Source: Circinaria calcarea
Taxonomy: Eukaryota
DNA length: 32,340 bases
Direction of reading: 5' to 3'
Assembly (NCBI GenBank): GCA_051942165.1
Contig: JAVECS010000038.1
Span: 1-32,340, forward strand
The notes beneath the pieces were generated by a model. It saw nothing but the letters and a program-made list of their open reading frames with translations. It made no database searches and was not told where the DNA came from. The position numbers and the translations under genes are program-made. Shown piece by piece: positions 10,693 to 23,545 of this stretch; position 1 is the first letter of the stretch, and each line of letters opens with the position of its first letter.

Positions 10693-12813
10693 TCATTGCA
10701 ACTCGGAAAGAAGATGTGATGAGTCGAATCCACCATAAAACTGTGGATTATTAGAAGGGGATATTTCGAGATCGAACATTAAAGAGTCATAATTTGTATC
10801 CAGCAAATTGATACCACCATAATCTTCGTCCTCCACGTGTGAATTGTCTGTAGTCATGATTGACTGGCTTGCTCGTGTAGGCGCAGTACCGTGGCGTTGT
10901 AAGCGCGCTGTAGCTGGCGTGGACACTTCTCGAGCTATAATCGTTGCTTCCGAATTAGAGATATCGCTTGGGGTTGGCCGAAGAGTACGACACGGGATTG
11001 GCTCGAAAAAAACGGTTGGCTGCGGGGGAGGATCGTGGTTTGAATTACCGAATAAGTCAGTAATGGTAGAATGGTCTAGGTCGTCAATTTCGAAGTCCTC
11101 GACAGTCATGTTCTCGGGTACAAACTCGTCAATCTCTTTCATCCACATTTTGAGCACGTCCATCGCAGGATACTCTCCTCCACCTTTCCCACCTCGCTTT
11201 TCCTCGTTCTTACCCTTGCCCTTACGTCCCTTTTGTCGTTTGTTGAAATGTGTACGGCGCAAATGAGCAGCGGCGTTATAGTAAGCCCCATAGGTCTTTT
11301 TCTGGCGGCAAGCCTTGCAGTTTGCCAGGAAATCTTTGTTTTGTGAAACGTCAACACATATCCACACTTTACGAAGCATGCGGTGAGCACGATCAATATG
11401 CCGTTGGAGTTCGTGTGGACCCCGGAAGCCATCTGGCTTCTCGTTACATTTGGTGCATTTCACTTTCTCGTGAATTGGTCGGCTATGTGGCGTTTTTGAG
11501 ATGGGCATCACTTCCTTTATGTAACCATCCGCCGACTTGATCCGGATCATTCGATTTTCTAGCGAGGTCTGATGTGACATCGCTATCTCGTCATCGGAAA
11601 GTTTGGGGGCGATGGGCCGTGAGCTTTGCGCGATTTGCTCTAGGCGACGACGTGATGCCCGAGATTGAGAGGAGACATTGCTCTCCGAAGACGTTGATCG
11701 TCGCATCTCAAAGTCCTCCTGTGAATTCAAAGATAATGGGATGGCTGTAGGGATAACAGAAGGAAGAGATGGATTCGAATGATTGATGTTATTCGCATTA
11801 TCGTCAATGGGTAGAACAAAGTGCGAAGGGTTTGCATTCAACAGGCTGAAGCTACCAGCACTGGGTGAATCAAAAGATTGCTTGAATTTGTACGGAGATT
11901 GCTCTCCAACAAGACTCCAATCCGAAATATCAGATCTGTGAGAAGGTAGAGCCATCATGTCTATTCCTCCGCAGAGCGAGTCGCTCATCAGGCTGCTTTG
12001 ACGACTCATGTCGCTTGTGATGGTTGTCGCATTAGTTAGTCCGTCAGTTGTCGGCGTTGTTGGGGACTGAGAGCTCATGCTCATACTAAAGGAAGATGAA
12101 ACCTGGTTGGGAGATAATGATAGCCGACAAGAATTGCGACGTGGGTAGTGATTGCGAGGTATTTGCTTCGACAGGCTGTGACACCCATTACAAGAATCTT
12201 CAGTTTTACTCAGGAAATCAGCCGGATTATCGTAAACCGCGATTTCGGGGACCTGTTGAAGAAGTTGTCGGCCAGACGTAGTGCGCCGCATTTTTAATGA
12301 ATGACCTATGGATAGGTTGCTGAAAGGCTCGTCTGGGTTGGCCTGCCAATTGATAATTGGTAGCAGTGGGGATTCTTTGTCATAGCCGTTGAAGCGTATC
12401 GGTACAACGTCCATTCCAGATCCATTAGAACGCTTTCTGGACATGGGGGCCGAGTGCTGGGAAAGAGTCTGACGTCTGTCAAGCGGCCGGGAAATGGGTT
12501 GATCCTAATCCCAAATCAGTTCGAGAGGACGGCCGACACGAGGAGGATTTTGTACCGATCTTCGTCTTGAAATCAAAGGCACTGCATCGGTCCGTATAGC
12601 GTCATGTTGAATGATATTGTCTTTGAGACCTTCAAGATCGAGTCGTGGCACCGGAGGTGTAATGCTCAGTGCGGAATTTAATTGGGCCGCTCTGGATGCC
12701 CAACGACGCTGCCGTTCTTCTATTGGGAGGTGAGCCAGCTGAGTCCAGAGGGTTTCCTTCTCGAGGTGTAGTAGATTTAACAAGGTATCTTGAGCGCCGC
12801 TAGGGGCTGCCAT
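10693..12813 (-). CDS. KLAP1-like (key lime anthracnose pathogenicity protein-like) atypical zinc-finger regulator, about 689 aa; exons 12813-12556 and 12504-10693
   Basis: ORFs 12505-12813 and 10693-12444 are in the same frame and are joined by a 51-nt intron (GTACAA..ACTGAT..TAG, 12555-12505). Domain CTKCNEKPDGFRGPHELQRHIDRAH..KVWIC..CKAC..KTYGAYYNAAAHLRRTHF..KRGGKGGG..P..VLKMWM matches my recollection of the Colletotrichum KLAP1 family (not database-verified). Confidence 0.85.
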
Positions 12814-12889
12814 TCGTGGCCGCGTACAATCCGGATTGATAGGTAAAGATCAACGACTGAGGCGTAGCTCTGAAGACTAGCACCAACGA

Positions 12890-12949
12890 CTAAGAGCGCC
12901 AGTCAGTGGATCAGTACAGTGCTTGGAGCTCCACTCCAGACCCACTTAC
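12890..12949 (-). other. Predicted 60-nt 5'-UTR intron of the KLAP1-like gene
   Basis: Minus strand GTAAGT donor at 12949, ACTGAC branch site and CTCTTAG acceptor at 12890, 76 nt upstream of the ATG. Confidence 0.7.
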
Positions 12950-15114
12950 CGGCAATCAACGACGATATTTAACAGAAGACGAGAGCTTGAAAGGCGAGGC
13001 AGTGAATGGCAAGAAAAACGGTTAGGAGGATGCTTGGGAAGGTGCCTGGGTGGATAGAAGATAAAGGTGATGGAAGAAGAGTGCGCCTACATGTCCGGTG
13101 AGGGTGTAGGCAACACGAAGGTGTAAGCGGTCTCTGCCCTCTTGAGGCATTTGTGATAGGCACTTCTCCTTCCCCCACCTCGACGCCCAATTTGGCCGGG
13201 TCTTCCACCGGTCGGGTGCTGTTGCGTGAACCATGAGCAAACAGTGAGGCAACCAATAGACGATCTATTCGAGGTTTCGCAGGATTTCATGTTTTGCCAA
13301 GCTAGCTTTCGTACGACGTATTGTTGAATTCTTGGCATCGCCGGACTCCACAAATCCGCTGCAGTTGCACTTGGGAGACTGAGGAGCTAGTGAAATGTAA
13401 AAGGGGGTCTTGTACTCCGTAAACTACAGGGTCATGCCTTTACACACGTTTTCCACCGCCCCCTAGTCTCCAATCCGTGGCACTGCTTCCCGGGCCACAC
13501 CCACTAATGCCGCTGTGCATGATTACACTCCATTCACGCCCACGTCCTGGGCGGACGGGGCAACAAGTAAGACGCGCAACAACGCTACTCGTATCTCAGG
13601 AGCCACATGGTCCGTCTCAAGCCTCCACCGTTTAACTTTTGTGGAGAGAGTGCTTGGCAGAACCGACGGCTTTACAGGTGAAGCGACATCTTTGCCCTTT
13701 GGGAATAAGGAGTACAGCTGGCTGGAACCACGTATTCTAGCTGTCAACCGAGAAACTAGGGTCTCCGTCAACGGATTCTTAATCGAAACCAGCTAACCGA
13801 TGGACCTATTGCGTCTATCTCCGGTAAGGAGGAGCGCCAGTAGGAATCAAATTTGTCCCTTGTCCCTTGAATCCATTTATCAGCAGCTCCAAACTATCTG
13901 GGCACCTGAAGGTCTACCACTCATTGTTCAGCGCCTATGGATTTGGGAGGCTCAAGGATGGAACATTCAGAGATTTGGCTTTGCCTTTCCGTACTCTCGA
14001 TTGAGCATTTATTAATAGTCCCAGTGTTCTTTCCCAGCTGCTTCTAAGAGGGAACTAAGTATAGGGAGTTTCCAGAGGGTTCTATCAATAATAAAGACTT
14101 GCTGCTCCCCTAGAAAAATTTAATCTCGTTGCCTTATGAAGGTCCTGAGGACTGTGTGCTCTCTATAGATGGGCTGGCCCAGAAACCCCAGTGCCATTTT
14201 CTCAGGGTGCGGCCTTCATGCCAAGATAGGACCATTCGGGTCTGCATCTGCGTCTGCGTCTGCCCTCCCCAAGGAAACTTCCTTCTCGTCCTGCGACGAA
14301 TGCAGAACTGTCCTCCCGTAGAGGGCGATATCTGGCATGTCTTGATGCGGTTGTCCTACTAAGGCTCTTTGACCAATGGAAGGATGCCGACCATCCACGT
14401 CGAGAAATAGTTAACTGGAGGAAGTTTCCGTCATTTACAGCTGGTAGTCTAGGATTGCGAATGAGTGGATGAGCAACTTTAGGAACGTGAGCCTATTGCC
14501 GGCGGCCACGACCTGGATATCTCCCTTCACGCTTCAAGCGCAACGGCAATCCCCATAACCTTGATGAAAACGGCAAAGTGCATGAGTTATTGGCCTTTCT
14601 ATTCTTTTTCCTTTCTCAACCTTTCTATGGAGTAGACTTGCCATTATCTTCGCTCCGGCACTGTAGTGAGCTGTACTCTTGGATGCAGCCCTTGTCACTC
14701 CTGTGGGAATAGCATCGTCAGTTCATTTGACCACTCGTCAAATATGGATCAAAGATCGGGATGTGAGAGAGACTTGGATCGTGACTAAATGCTGGGCTTC
14801 CGACTTGGCAGACAGGAGGACTTCTGGGACGGGTTCGAGTCATCGCAACCGTATCGATAGTCTATATTTTTACAGTGAAAGCAATCGATGGAAGGCAGTC
14901 TCTCAGAGCTTCACTGCGCAAATCTTCGAAAGGGATAAAGTGACTGTTAGACTCATGCCCATGGTGTCTAAGCTTCAGCCCTGCCAAGCCTGGGAGAACT
15001 TGACAGCTAAAGGTATTGTTCTCGTCTCGTCTGAGAACGATGATAGTCGGAAGGCGCAACAGCACACCTGGATAATTGGTGAAGCTCTCTTTTACCTCTC
15101 TTTGGTCTTTCGGT

Positions 15115-17793
15115 ATGACGTCTACGTCCATAGACCCTTTCTTGAAGGGAGACACTGGCCGCAATACCCGTGGCCTTTTGCGATTGATCATCCTCTGTAC
15201 CATTGCTGCGGCCGCAGTTTCCAGTCGTTTATTCAGTGTAATACGTATGTCCGCCAATCTGATTACCCAAAGCCGGTCATGTTCGAAGTACCTGGGAGGA
15301 GGTTTAATCTTACAGCAGAGCTGTGCTAACGTCCTGGGGAATATAGGATTTGAGAGTATCATCCACGAATGTTCGTCCACACCTCCCAAGCTTATACCCC
15401 CCTATGAGCCGTTTCCAATTTATTTGATTCAATATCCACACGCAGTGCCACACGGCTGATAGGTTATCAGTTGATCCTTGGTTTAATTTTCGGGCGACAA
15501 AGTACTTAGTGCAACATGGCTTTTATAACTTCTGGGACTGGTTTGATGACCGTAAGCCTTCCCGTCATGCAAGGCCAAGGTGAACATCCTCGACTAGAGG
15601 CATTACCCGCAAAGAAAATAGCGTTGGACATTCATGCAAGACTATGTAGCTGACTTCTGACGCGGACTACAGGAACATGGCATCCACTGGGCCGAGTTAC
15701 TGGAGGCACACTCTACCCAGGATTGATGGTAACCAGTGGGGTCATCTATCACGTTCTGCGACTCCTCTCTATGCCTGTGGACATACGAAACATATGTGTA
15801 CTGCTTGCCCCTGGGTTCTCGGGTCTTACAGCTTTCGCATCCTATCTCTTGACCTCCGAAATGTCCGACTCGCCGTCCGCCGGACTACTTGCGGCGGTCT
15901 TCATGGGCATTACCCCCGGTTACATCTCCCGCTCAGTTGCTGGAAGTTACGATAATGAAGCAATCGCCATATTCTTGCTTGTCTTCACGTTCTATCTCTG
16001 GATTAAATCTGTCAAGGAAGGATCGGCTATGTGGGGCGCCTTGACTGCCCTTTTCTACGGATACATGGTATCAGCGTGGGGAGGATATGTCTTCATTACA
16101 AATCTGTTACCATTACACGCTTTTGTGCTCATCTTGATGGGACGGTATAGCCCAAGACTTTACGTGAGCTATAGTACCTGGTTCGCTTTAGGGACGCTAG
16201 CCAGCATGCAAATCCCGTTTGTCGGCTTCTTGCCTGTTAGAAGCAGTGAGCATATGTCAGCATTAGGTCTGTTACTCCTCAACAAGGAATCTAGAAATAG
16301 TCTAATAGTAACAGGTGTTTTCGGCCTCCTACAGCTTGTCGCTTTCGTTGAGTTTGTTCGTCAGCAGGTGCCCAATAGACAATTTCAGACGCTACTACGG
16401 AGCTTGATCCTCATAGTATTCGCAGTGTCCTTGGGTGGACTGGTGCTTCTGACTGTTTCAGGGACCATAGCACCTTGGACAGGTCGATTCTACTCTCTAT
16501 GGGATACGGGCTACGCAAAAATCCATATCCCGATCATTGCTTCCGTTTCGGAGCACCAGCCCACTGCCTGGCCGGCATTCTTCTTCGACCTGAATTTGTT
16601 GATATGGCTCTTCCCAGCCGGAGTTTACATGTGTTTCCGGGAATTGAAGGATGAGCAGGTTTTCGTTGTCATATACGCAGTCCTCGCCAGTTACTTTGCA
16701 GGTGTCATGGTCAGGTTGATGTTAACTCTTACCCCTGTTGTGTGCGTAGCTGCGGCGCTGGCGCTATCAAGTATCCTTGACACTTATCTTTTGGCTGACT
16801 CGCCGACACAAGACGCCAAGGCCAATGGCAGCGCCAACGGAGATCCAGTGAAGACTGCCACTTCTGTGATACAAGACTCGCTCAAGTCGACTCGGAATCC
16901 TGTGGTCGGAATCTACTCATTACTTTCGAAAGTGTCAATTGTGGGAATGATCACTACATACCTGCTTCTCTTTGTCCTTCACTGCACATGGGTAACATCG
17001 AATGCATACTCTTCACCCTCAGTTGTCCTGGCGAGCAAATTGCCTGATGGGAGCCAGCACATTATAGACGACTACCGCGAAGCATATAACTGGCTCCGAC
17101 AAAACACTCCGAAAAATGCCAAGGTCATGTCATGGTGGGACTACGGGTATCAGATTGGAGGCATGGCCGATAGGCCTACACTGGTCGATAACAACACCTG
17201 GAACAACACGCACATCGCCACTGTGGGCAAGGCTATGAGCTCTAGGGAGGAAGTCAGCTACCCAATATTAAGACAGCATGACGTCGATTATATCTTGATT
17301 GTTTTTGGAGGCTTACTAGGCTACTCGGGCGATGATATCAACAAATTCTTGTGGATGGTCAGGATCGCCGAAGGTATCTGGCCAGATGAGGTGAAGGAGC
17401 GGGACTATTTCACCGCGCGAGGCGAGTACAAGGTCGATGATGAGGCAACCCCGACGATGAGGAACAGTCTGATGTAAGCGCCAGGGAGCCTTCTTATAAG
17501 GTCAGGACTGATGTCGCGACAGGTACAAGATGTCGTACTATAACTACCACTCTCTGTTCCCAGCCGGCCAGGCCCAGGACCGGGTTCGCGGATCGAAGCT
17601 CCCCAGCGAAGCTCCCCAGCTCAATACGCTGGAAGAGGCCTTTACGAGTGAGAACTGGATCATTAGGATCTACAAGGTCAAGGACTTGGACAACCTGGGC
17701 CGGGATCATGCCAGCACGGTGGCCTTTGAGAAGGGAAATAAAAAGAAGAAGGCTGGCAAAAGGCGAGGAGCCCGGGTGCTGAGGGTGGAATGA
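15115..17793 (+). CDS. STT3: Dolichyl-diphosphooligosaccharide-protein glycosyltransferase catalytic subunit STT3; exons 15115-15244, 15347-15370, 15471-15551, 15673-16266, 16315-17473, 17523-17793
   Basis: The spliced product contains the hallmark motifs [76 protein letters not shown] and DDINKFLWM, plus many transmembrane segments. All five introns are GT-AG with CTRAY branch sites and restore the frame. Confidence 0.98.
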
Positions 17794-18846
17794 GGATGAT
17801 GGATGCGCATTCGCAGGGCTGCGACAGTACCCGGTGTAATTGTATAGATGAAATGTATTGTATCCCGGCATGAGATCTCGTGCTCCCTTCCCTTTACCGT
17901 GAGCGAGCTCCCCTCGTGCGATATGCAGTGCGGGGTCCCCAGTTGGTGAGTCTACGTTGGGCTAGCTTAGCTTCGCTTAGCTCAGCCGCCTAACTCCAGA
18001 AGGTCTTTTTGATTAAATGTAACAAAAGATACTGGTGCAGTCGCCCATCGCCCCACCAACAAACAATTCCATTGTTTCCATCCGAGCACGTCGTCGGAAG
18101 TTCATGTGGAAGAAGACAGCGAAGGTGTCGCACATCCGCCTGATGATTTGCTCCAGGGCCTGATGCACCCTGGGGGTTCTTCCGTGGCCGATTGCTGCCC
18201 AAACGATTCGGGTCGGATGGAGGAGGCTGCATGGTGATCACCTCGTGTTTGTTCTTCTCCGCCTGCTCCTCTCCCAATGCCATCGGTCGTTCAAGCCCTC
18301 ACCCAATAAGGGCCTGTGAATTGATTGAGATTATCCCATTGCTCCCTCGGCCTGGATGAATTGCCTTTTCTGCTGTTCTCAGCATTTTACTGGAACAAAG
18401 CGAGAATAATCTCGGCGGGCTTGCATGTCATTTCGTCCTTGGCCGGAAATCTCTCCAATGCTGCCGAGTCGTTTCGTTCGTCTTGATTGTCCCTTTATTT
18501 GTCCGCAGCTAGGCCTGACAATGGATTGTATGGATGGTGTGCTATGCTATGCGCCCGGCCAGCTTGCTCTCCCAGTTTCGTGGCATACTCCTTGGCCTTC
18601 AATCCTCCTGCCGGTGATACTGCATCAGGGTTTCGATTCATAACTGGATATCTCGGGAGTAGACTATCCTTTCGCAACGTGGGTCAGAGGCTTGTCCAGC
18701 ATCAACAGCTCGCTTGGAAGAGCTTTCCAGCTTAGGGTGCAAACCGACGATAATTTTGGTCGACATCGCAAACTTTGATAGCAAACGTCTTCAAGGCCGT
18801 CGAAACTGCCCTCATATAGCCGCTGCTGGACCGAGGTCTCTACATT

Positions 18847-21800
18847 ATGCCGTTTCCCTACACGGCGGCTGCTGCATCCGTGCGCCACCGTCGAGTGAAG
18901 GATAAGGATAGTCGGGGTGTCAGCGCGAGTTCTAGTAGCAGGCGTCAAAGAGATGTTTCTCGGGTGAACGACAATCGATCACCAGCACCGAATCATCGCA
19001 GTCCACGATCATCAATATATTCTCAACAGAATATCACATTAGACCAACTACCTCCTCTGCCATCTTCCGGAACAGTGTCACCGTCTTCTGCAGCATCGCC
19101 GACTCTGCAACCAACTCAATTGACCGCGGCTTCAACGGGCATCTTTCATTTGGCACACCCACCCCACACGCCTGCAGCTCTCCAGGCATACCTCGACGAT
19201 GAGCCCGATTCTAACCCCAATGTCGATACGTCGCCCATAGACGTTCAAGACGAGACCGCTATTCCCCTTTATAGTCAGAGAAACCAACCTGAGTCGCCAG
19301 TTCCACGGTCATACCCAGAGGCGCCTCCATCCTCTCCGCTAAATCCGTTGCATCAAACCACCGAGGATAACTTGCCGCAAACGCCATCTCAGGCCCACTC
19401 CCTCGAGATACCTGTTCAAGGCTTCGTGCAATCCTCTCCCCGACTGTTCTCCCCAACTCCTCTCTCTCCCGGGCCACCGTACTTGGCTGGTCCGTCGGCA
19501 TCTGTGCCTGCTGGACCTTGGCAGGGCGGATACCCAAAAGACCATTTCTTCACTTCTCCCTACGCACGACCACCGATCTACGGGATGGTGCAACCCAGTG
19601 CTCTTACAGGAGAGGGGCAGCAGTATCCGGTACAGCCGATGCCTTACTTCGCAGAATATGGATCACCCTATCCTGTTCCTACCGCATATGGCAACCCGCG
19701 AGGGCTCCCCATTCATGGATACGCGATGCCTACAAGGTCAAGCATTTCCGGTTATCCATCAGTATCGGCATCACAGGCACCTATAGACCCTACCGAACCA
19801 GCAGGTCACGAGGTAACGGTGCCAAGCAGCCAGGGATCAGATGATGGTGCTGGAGAGCTATTACATCGTATACAGAGTGCGATTCCTGATTTACATCTTC
19901 TTCTGAATCGTTACCGAGAAACTTCCGGCCAACTCGGCATCCGAGAGGATTTGATGCGACAATCAGAAACACAGAAAGCTGAAGCATTAAGACAGAAGGA
20001 GACATGTATCGACCGACTGGGCAAGGAATTGGAGTCCGCCTCGCAGAAACACTCCGCCGAGAGTAGTAAGCTCCGGTTGGAAATCGGGAACTTGGAGGAA
20101 AAGCATAGGGAACTACAGGATGAAGTGATTGCGAAGAAGAAATCGAGGGACCGGCTAGAAGCAGCTAATCAAACACTGCTAAAGGAAACAGACTTGTTGG
20201 AGAAGCGTCACTCAGAAGCATTGGAGGCTGCGACAAACAACTATAAGCAGTGGAAGGATGAAGTTTCCGCAGAGTATGAGTTGAAAGAGAAGGTGACCAA
20301 AGAGGAGCTTCAACGCAAAGCTAAAGCTGCAGTAAATTTACAAACCAAAATTATGGACAAAGACAGCAGTCATATGAAGGAGCGCGAATACTTAAAGGCG
20401 ACTTGGGCCAGGGAGAGAAAAGAGATTGAGATCAATCATGATAGCCTCAGAAAAGATATGGAAGAAGCACTCCGTACATGCCGTAAAGATCTCGAAGAGT
20501 CGGAACGTAAGGAGCGTGAAGGCCGAGAAGCTTGGGAGAGCGAACGTCAAGCCTCGAACCAACAATGGGACGAAGAACGGATCCGGCTCAGTATGGGATG
20601 GGAAGAGCAGCTGAAAATACTGGAGGCCCGACACCTAGAGGACAAGGAGAATATGCAGAAAAACTGGGATATTGCCCAAGAACAGTCAAAGAAACAAAAA
20701 GACGAGGAAAACGTCGAGCTACGGAAGGAAATCGAAAGACTCAAGCTCGCTTGGGACAGGGACAAGATCAAACTTACTAACACGGCAAGGGATTTGGGCA
20801 CATTGACTGCTAAATTGACTGATGAGAATAGTAGTTTGAAGAAGATGGTGGATGCTTTTGGGGAAGCAACTGACTTCAGGAGTCGGGGAGACGCGTACTT
20901 GTAAGTTGACTGTATAGACGTTCTGTCTTTGGTCCCTAAAACTGCGCTTCGCAATGTCATTGTAAGTACGCGAGTACTTCATATGATTTGGGTACCGGTG
21001 ACTGCCTCAATTCCGAGAGAGACTGACTTCGCTTCCGAATGGCAGTATTGCTGCATTCACCAAGCTGCGCAACGAGATCTCAGCGCTTGCCATGGAACGC
21101 TGCAAAGGCGCAATGGGGCGGACTCCGGAAAAACTCCTCATGGAAATACCTGCAGATATTCCCGATTTCCTTGCAGATAGCCCTGCGTCGATTCAGCTGC
21201 GGGCCGCTTACGTACAACATACTATATCCCGAATCCTCTCTTACCGAATCTTTCAGCCATTCTTGTTCACTTTGAGCCGTCGGCATGAAGCAGCCGATCG
21301 TCTCTTTCAGGCGATGTCGCAGAAGCTTCGGCACGACTCCTTTAGACGTGAAGCCTTTTGGCGACAACAAACATTACACGCGGCTTATACTGTGTCTAGC
21401 GCTAAACAATCCATCAACAAGATCGCCGCGGTCATTGTAGAAGAGATCATGGAAGAGCTTCAATATTTGACATGCCCGAATGAACGGGAGCAGACCAAAA
21501 TAGCTATCAGGAGAATAGTGAAGCTCAGTGCAGAGTCCTGGCGTTATGCAAGGTAAGCCGAATGGAGTGCTCTAACGTTTCGACATACAATGCTCACACG
21601 GGCAGATTGGAGAGGGAGATGATTACGGCATCGATGCCGTCTGTACAACACCCTTCCGTGCTTGGTGTAGGTGCCTATGATGGCGCTTTGACCTCGAATA
21701 CTGGGGCTCAAGATGCTTCACCGCGTGTTATCCTCCCACTGCTTCCTCACATTTCGCGAGAGCCGACACATCAAAACTCCATTGCAGACTCGAACAGAGT

Positions 21801-22245
21801 CGATCCAGGATGCATGTATTCTCGGGGAGACGTCCTCTACTCCAATAGTGCCATAGTCATGGCTCGCTTGGCGGAAATCAAACAGGCAAGCAAAAGCGCT
21901 ACAGATCTAAGAACAAGAGAGTCACTCCACTTCCCAGAAGACATCACAGCGAACCAGAACAGTGAGTTTGAGAGTACCAAGGACCGTTCTAGATCCCCGA
22001 TAGACAACGGTCTGTCGCCAGTGAAAGCAGAGGCTGTGGTTGAGGAAGGCGGTATCAATGCTCCGGGCAGGGATGCATTTAGTGAAATCGAGGTGGCCAA
22101 GGACTCTCCGGATAGGACAGGCATACGATCCAACGGGTCCGGTCACCGCCAACCACATCCGGTAGGACTATCACCTCCAGCTCAAGCAATACCCAAATGG
22201 GCCGAATCATCAGGGATAATCTCACCCGAGAGCACTAAATGGTAG
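18847..22245 (+). CDS. Uncharacterised coiled-coil protein, about 1066 aa; exons 18847-20900, 21046-21552, 21606-22245
   Basis: P/S/Y-rich N-terminus, motif LLHRIQSAIPDLHLLLNRYRETSGQL, a long E/K/R-rich coiled coil, then a helical domain (RAAYVQHTISRIL..RIFQPFLF..REAFWRQQTLHAAY..SAESWRYARLERE). Introns 20901-21045 (GTAAGT..ACTGAC..CAG) and 21553-21605 (GTAAGC..CAG) join three track ORFs in frame. Confidence 0.88.
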
Positions 22246-23545
22246 GATGTTGTTGGTACTACTGTAGGTTAGTCGTTTTATACCCCAGAACGGGGGCGCA
22301 TGCGTTGAAAGTGTAATGGCGTCTTGATACACGGTATAGAATATGAATGCTCCAATCACCGGTTCACCGTGGAACCTACACTTCACCCGTACTGTAGACG
22401 CATCCCAGACTCCAGTCCAAGCCATTCCACCGTGTCTCTGACGGTATTGGGCTCCGCATGGACTGACAGATTCCCAAGCCACCCTGCCAGTGCATGGCTT
22501 GGCGGATCAAGGCACGGAGTCGGCGTCATATCTCGTCGAGGCAGATTACCGTGGGAGTGATGCGAAGACCCAGGGCCCTATTCCTAGGCATCCTTCCACA
22601 CCAAATCCCATCCGCAGTTCGCCTTGGCGGTTTGGCGCGCTCGCTTCGAGGGCGCGGGGAGAGCACCCTGCCGGCTTCATGACGGCACGCCAGGCCGCCA
22701 TGAGACTAAAAGCGGGCTAGAAATCAGATCATCCGGTTCTCCTCCCGATGATGATTCAAGGTATGATACGATGCCCGTACCAAACCGTATTATCCAGCCT
22801 CAGCCTCAACCTCAGCTTTCACCGGCTCGAGGCGTCTTATCATTATTATTAATGAGCTCGACTGCTTGCTCAATCCTCCCGCGGTCGACATAACGACATT
22901 CTTCTCCCTCGTCCCCGTCCCCGTCCAAGGGAAGTCTCGTTTCTGCGGCGCGTCAGGTTTCGGATCCAGTTGGACGTCAACTGTCGACTGTCCACATCGG
23001 GAATCCATTTTCCTCGGGAGCGTGAGAGCCTCACCGTCAGCCTGCCTTCTGCTTGCCGCTCTAGCTTCACCTCTCCCGGTCCCAAGGCGCAATCTGCAAC
23101 CAGGCGTAGCCTTCACACATTGTCGCATCAACTCTCGTCCTCTCTGCTGCTATTGCTCTCACCATCGTCTCCATCGTTGCAATTACGACGTGCTTCCTGC
23201 AGTCTTCGCTGGTTTGCATTGTTTCTGACGTCGTCTTAACATCGTGTTCGCGATTGAATTGCTTCGGACCCACTTGCACGACTTGAGCTTAATCGCATTA
23301 CCTCCACCGCGCTCTCATCCGCGTCTTGCACTCGCAACCGAACCATGAGCAGTTGAGATCCATGGACTGCCTCTCGGCGTAAACCGGCCTCGAATTTGAG
23401 CATATTATGCATAACATGCCACGACTGATCACATCCAAAATTGCCATATACAGAGTTCCAGCTCCCCCTCTCGCCTGATACATTATTGATCGCCTTCCTT
23501 TTCGCGTACTGTCTATCGTAGCCAAGCTCGAACAGCCTCCTAACG

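Noticed and set aside
12505..12507. In-frame TAG between two KLAP1-like ORFs as a premature stop corrected by A-to-I editing or readthrough, or as a pseudogene
   Set aside because: A 51-nt intron with donor, CTGAT branch site and this TAG as acceptor explains it more simply.
14679..15389. 216-aa (+) and 175-aa (-) ORFs overlapping the STT3 5' end
   Set aside because: They overlap STT3 exon 1 in other frames and show no recognisable motif; probably shadow ORFs.
20962..20967. Second GTAAGT inside intron 1 of the coiled-coil gene (alternative donor or nested intron)
   Set aside because: Using it alone would retain the stop at 20902-20904, and I found no convincing branch and acceptor pair for a nested intron or micro-exon.
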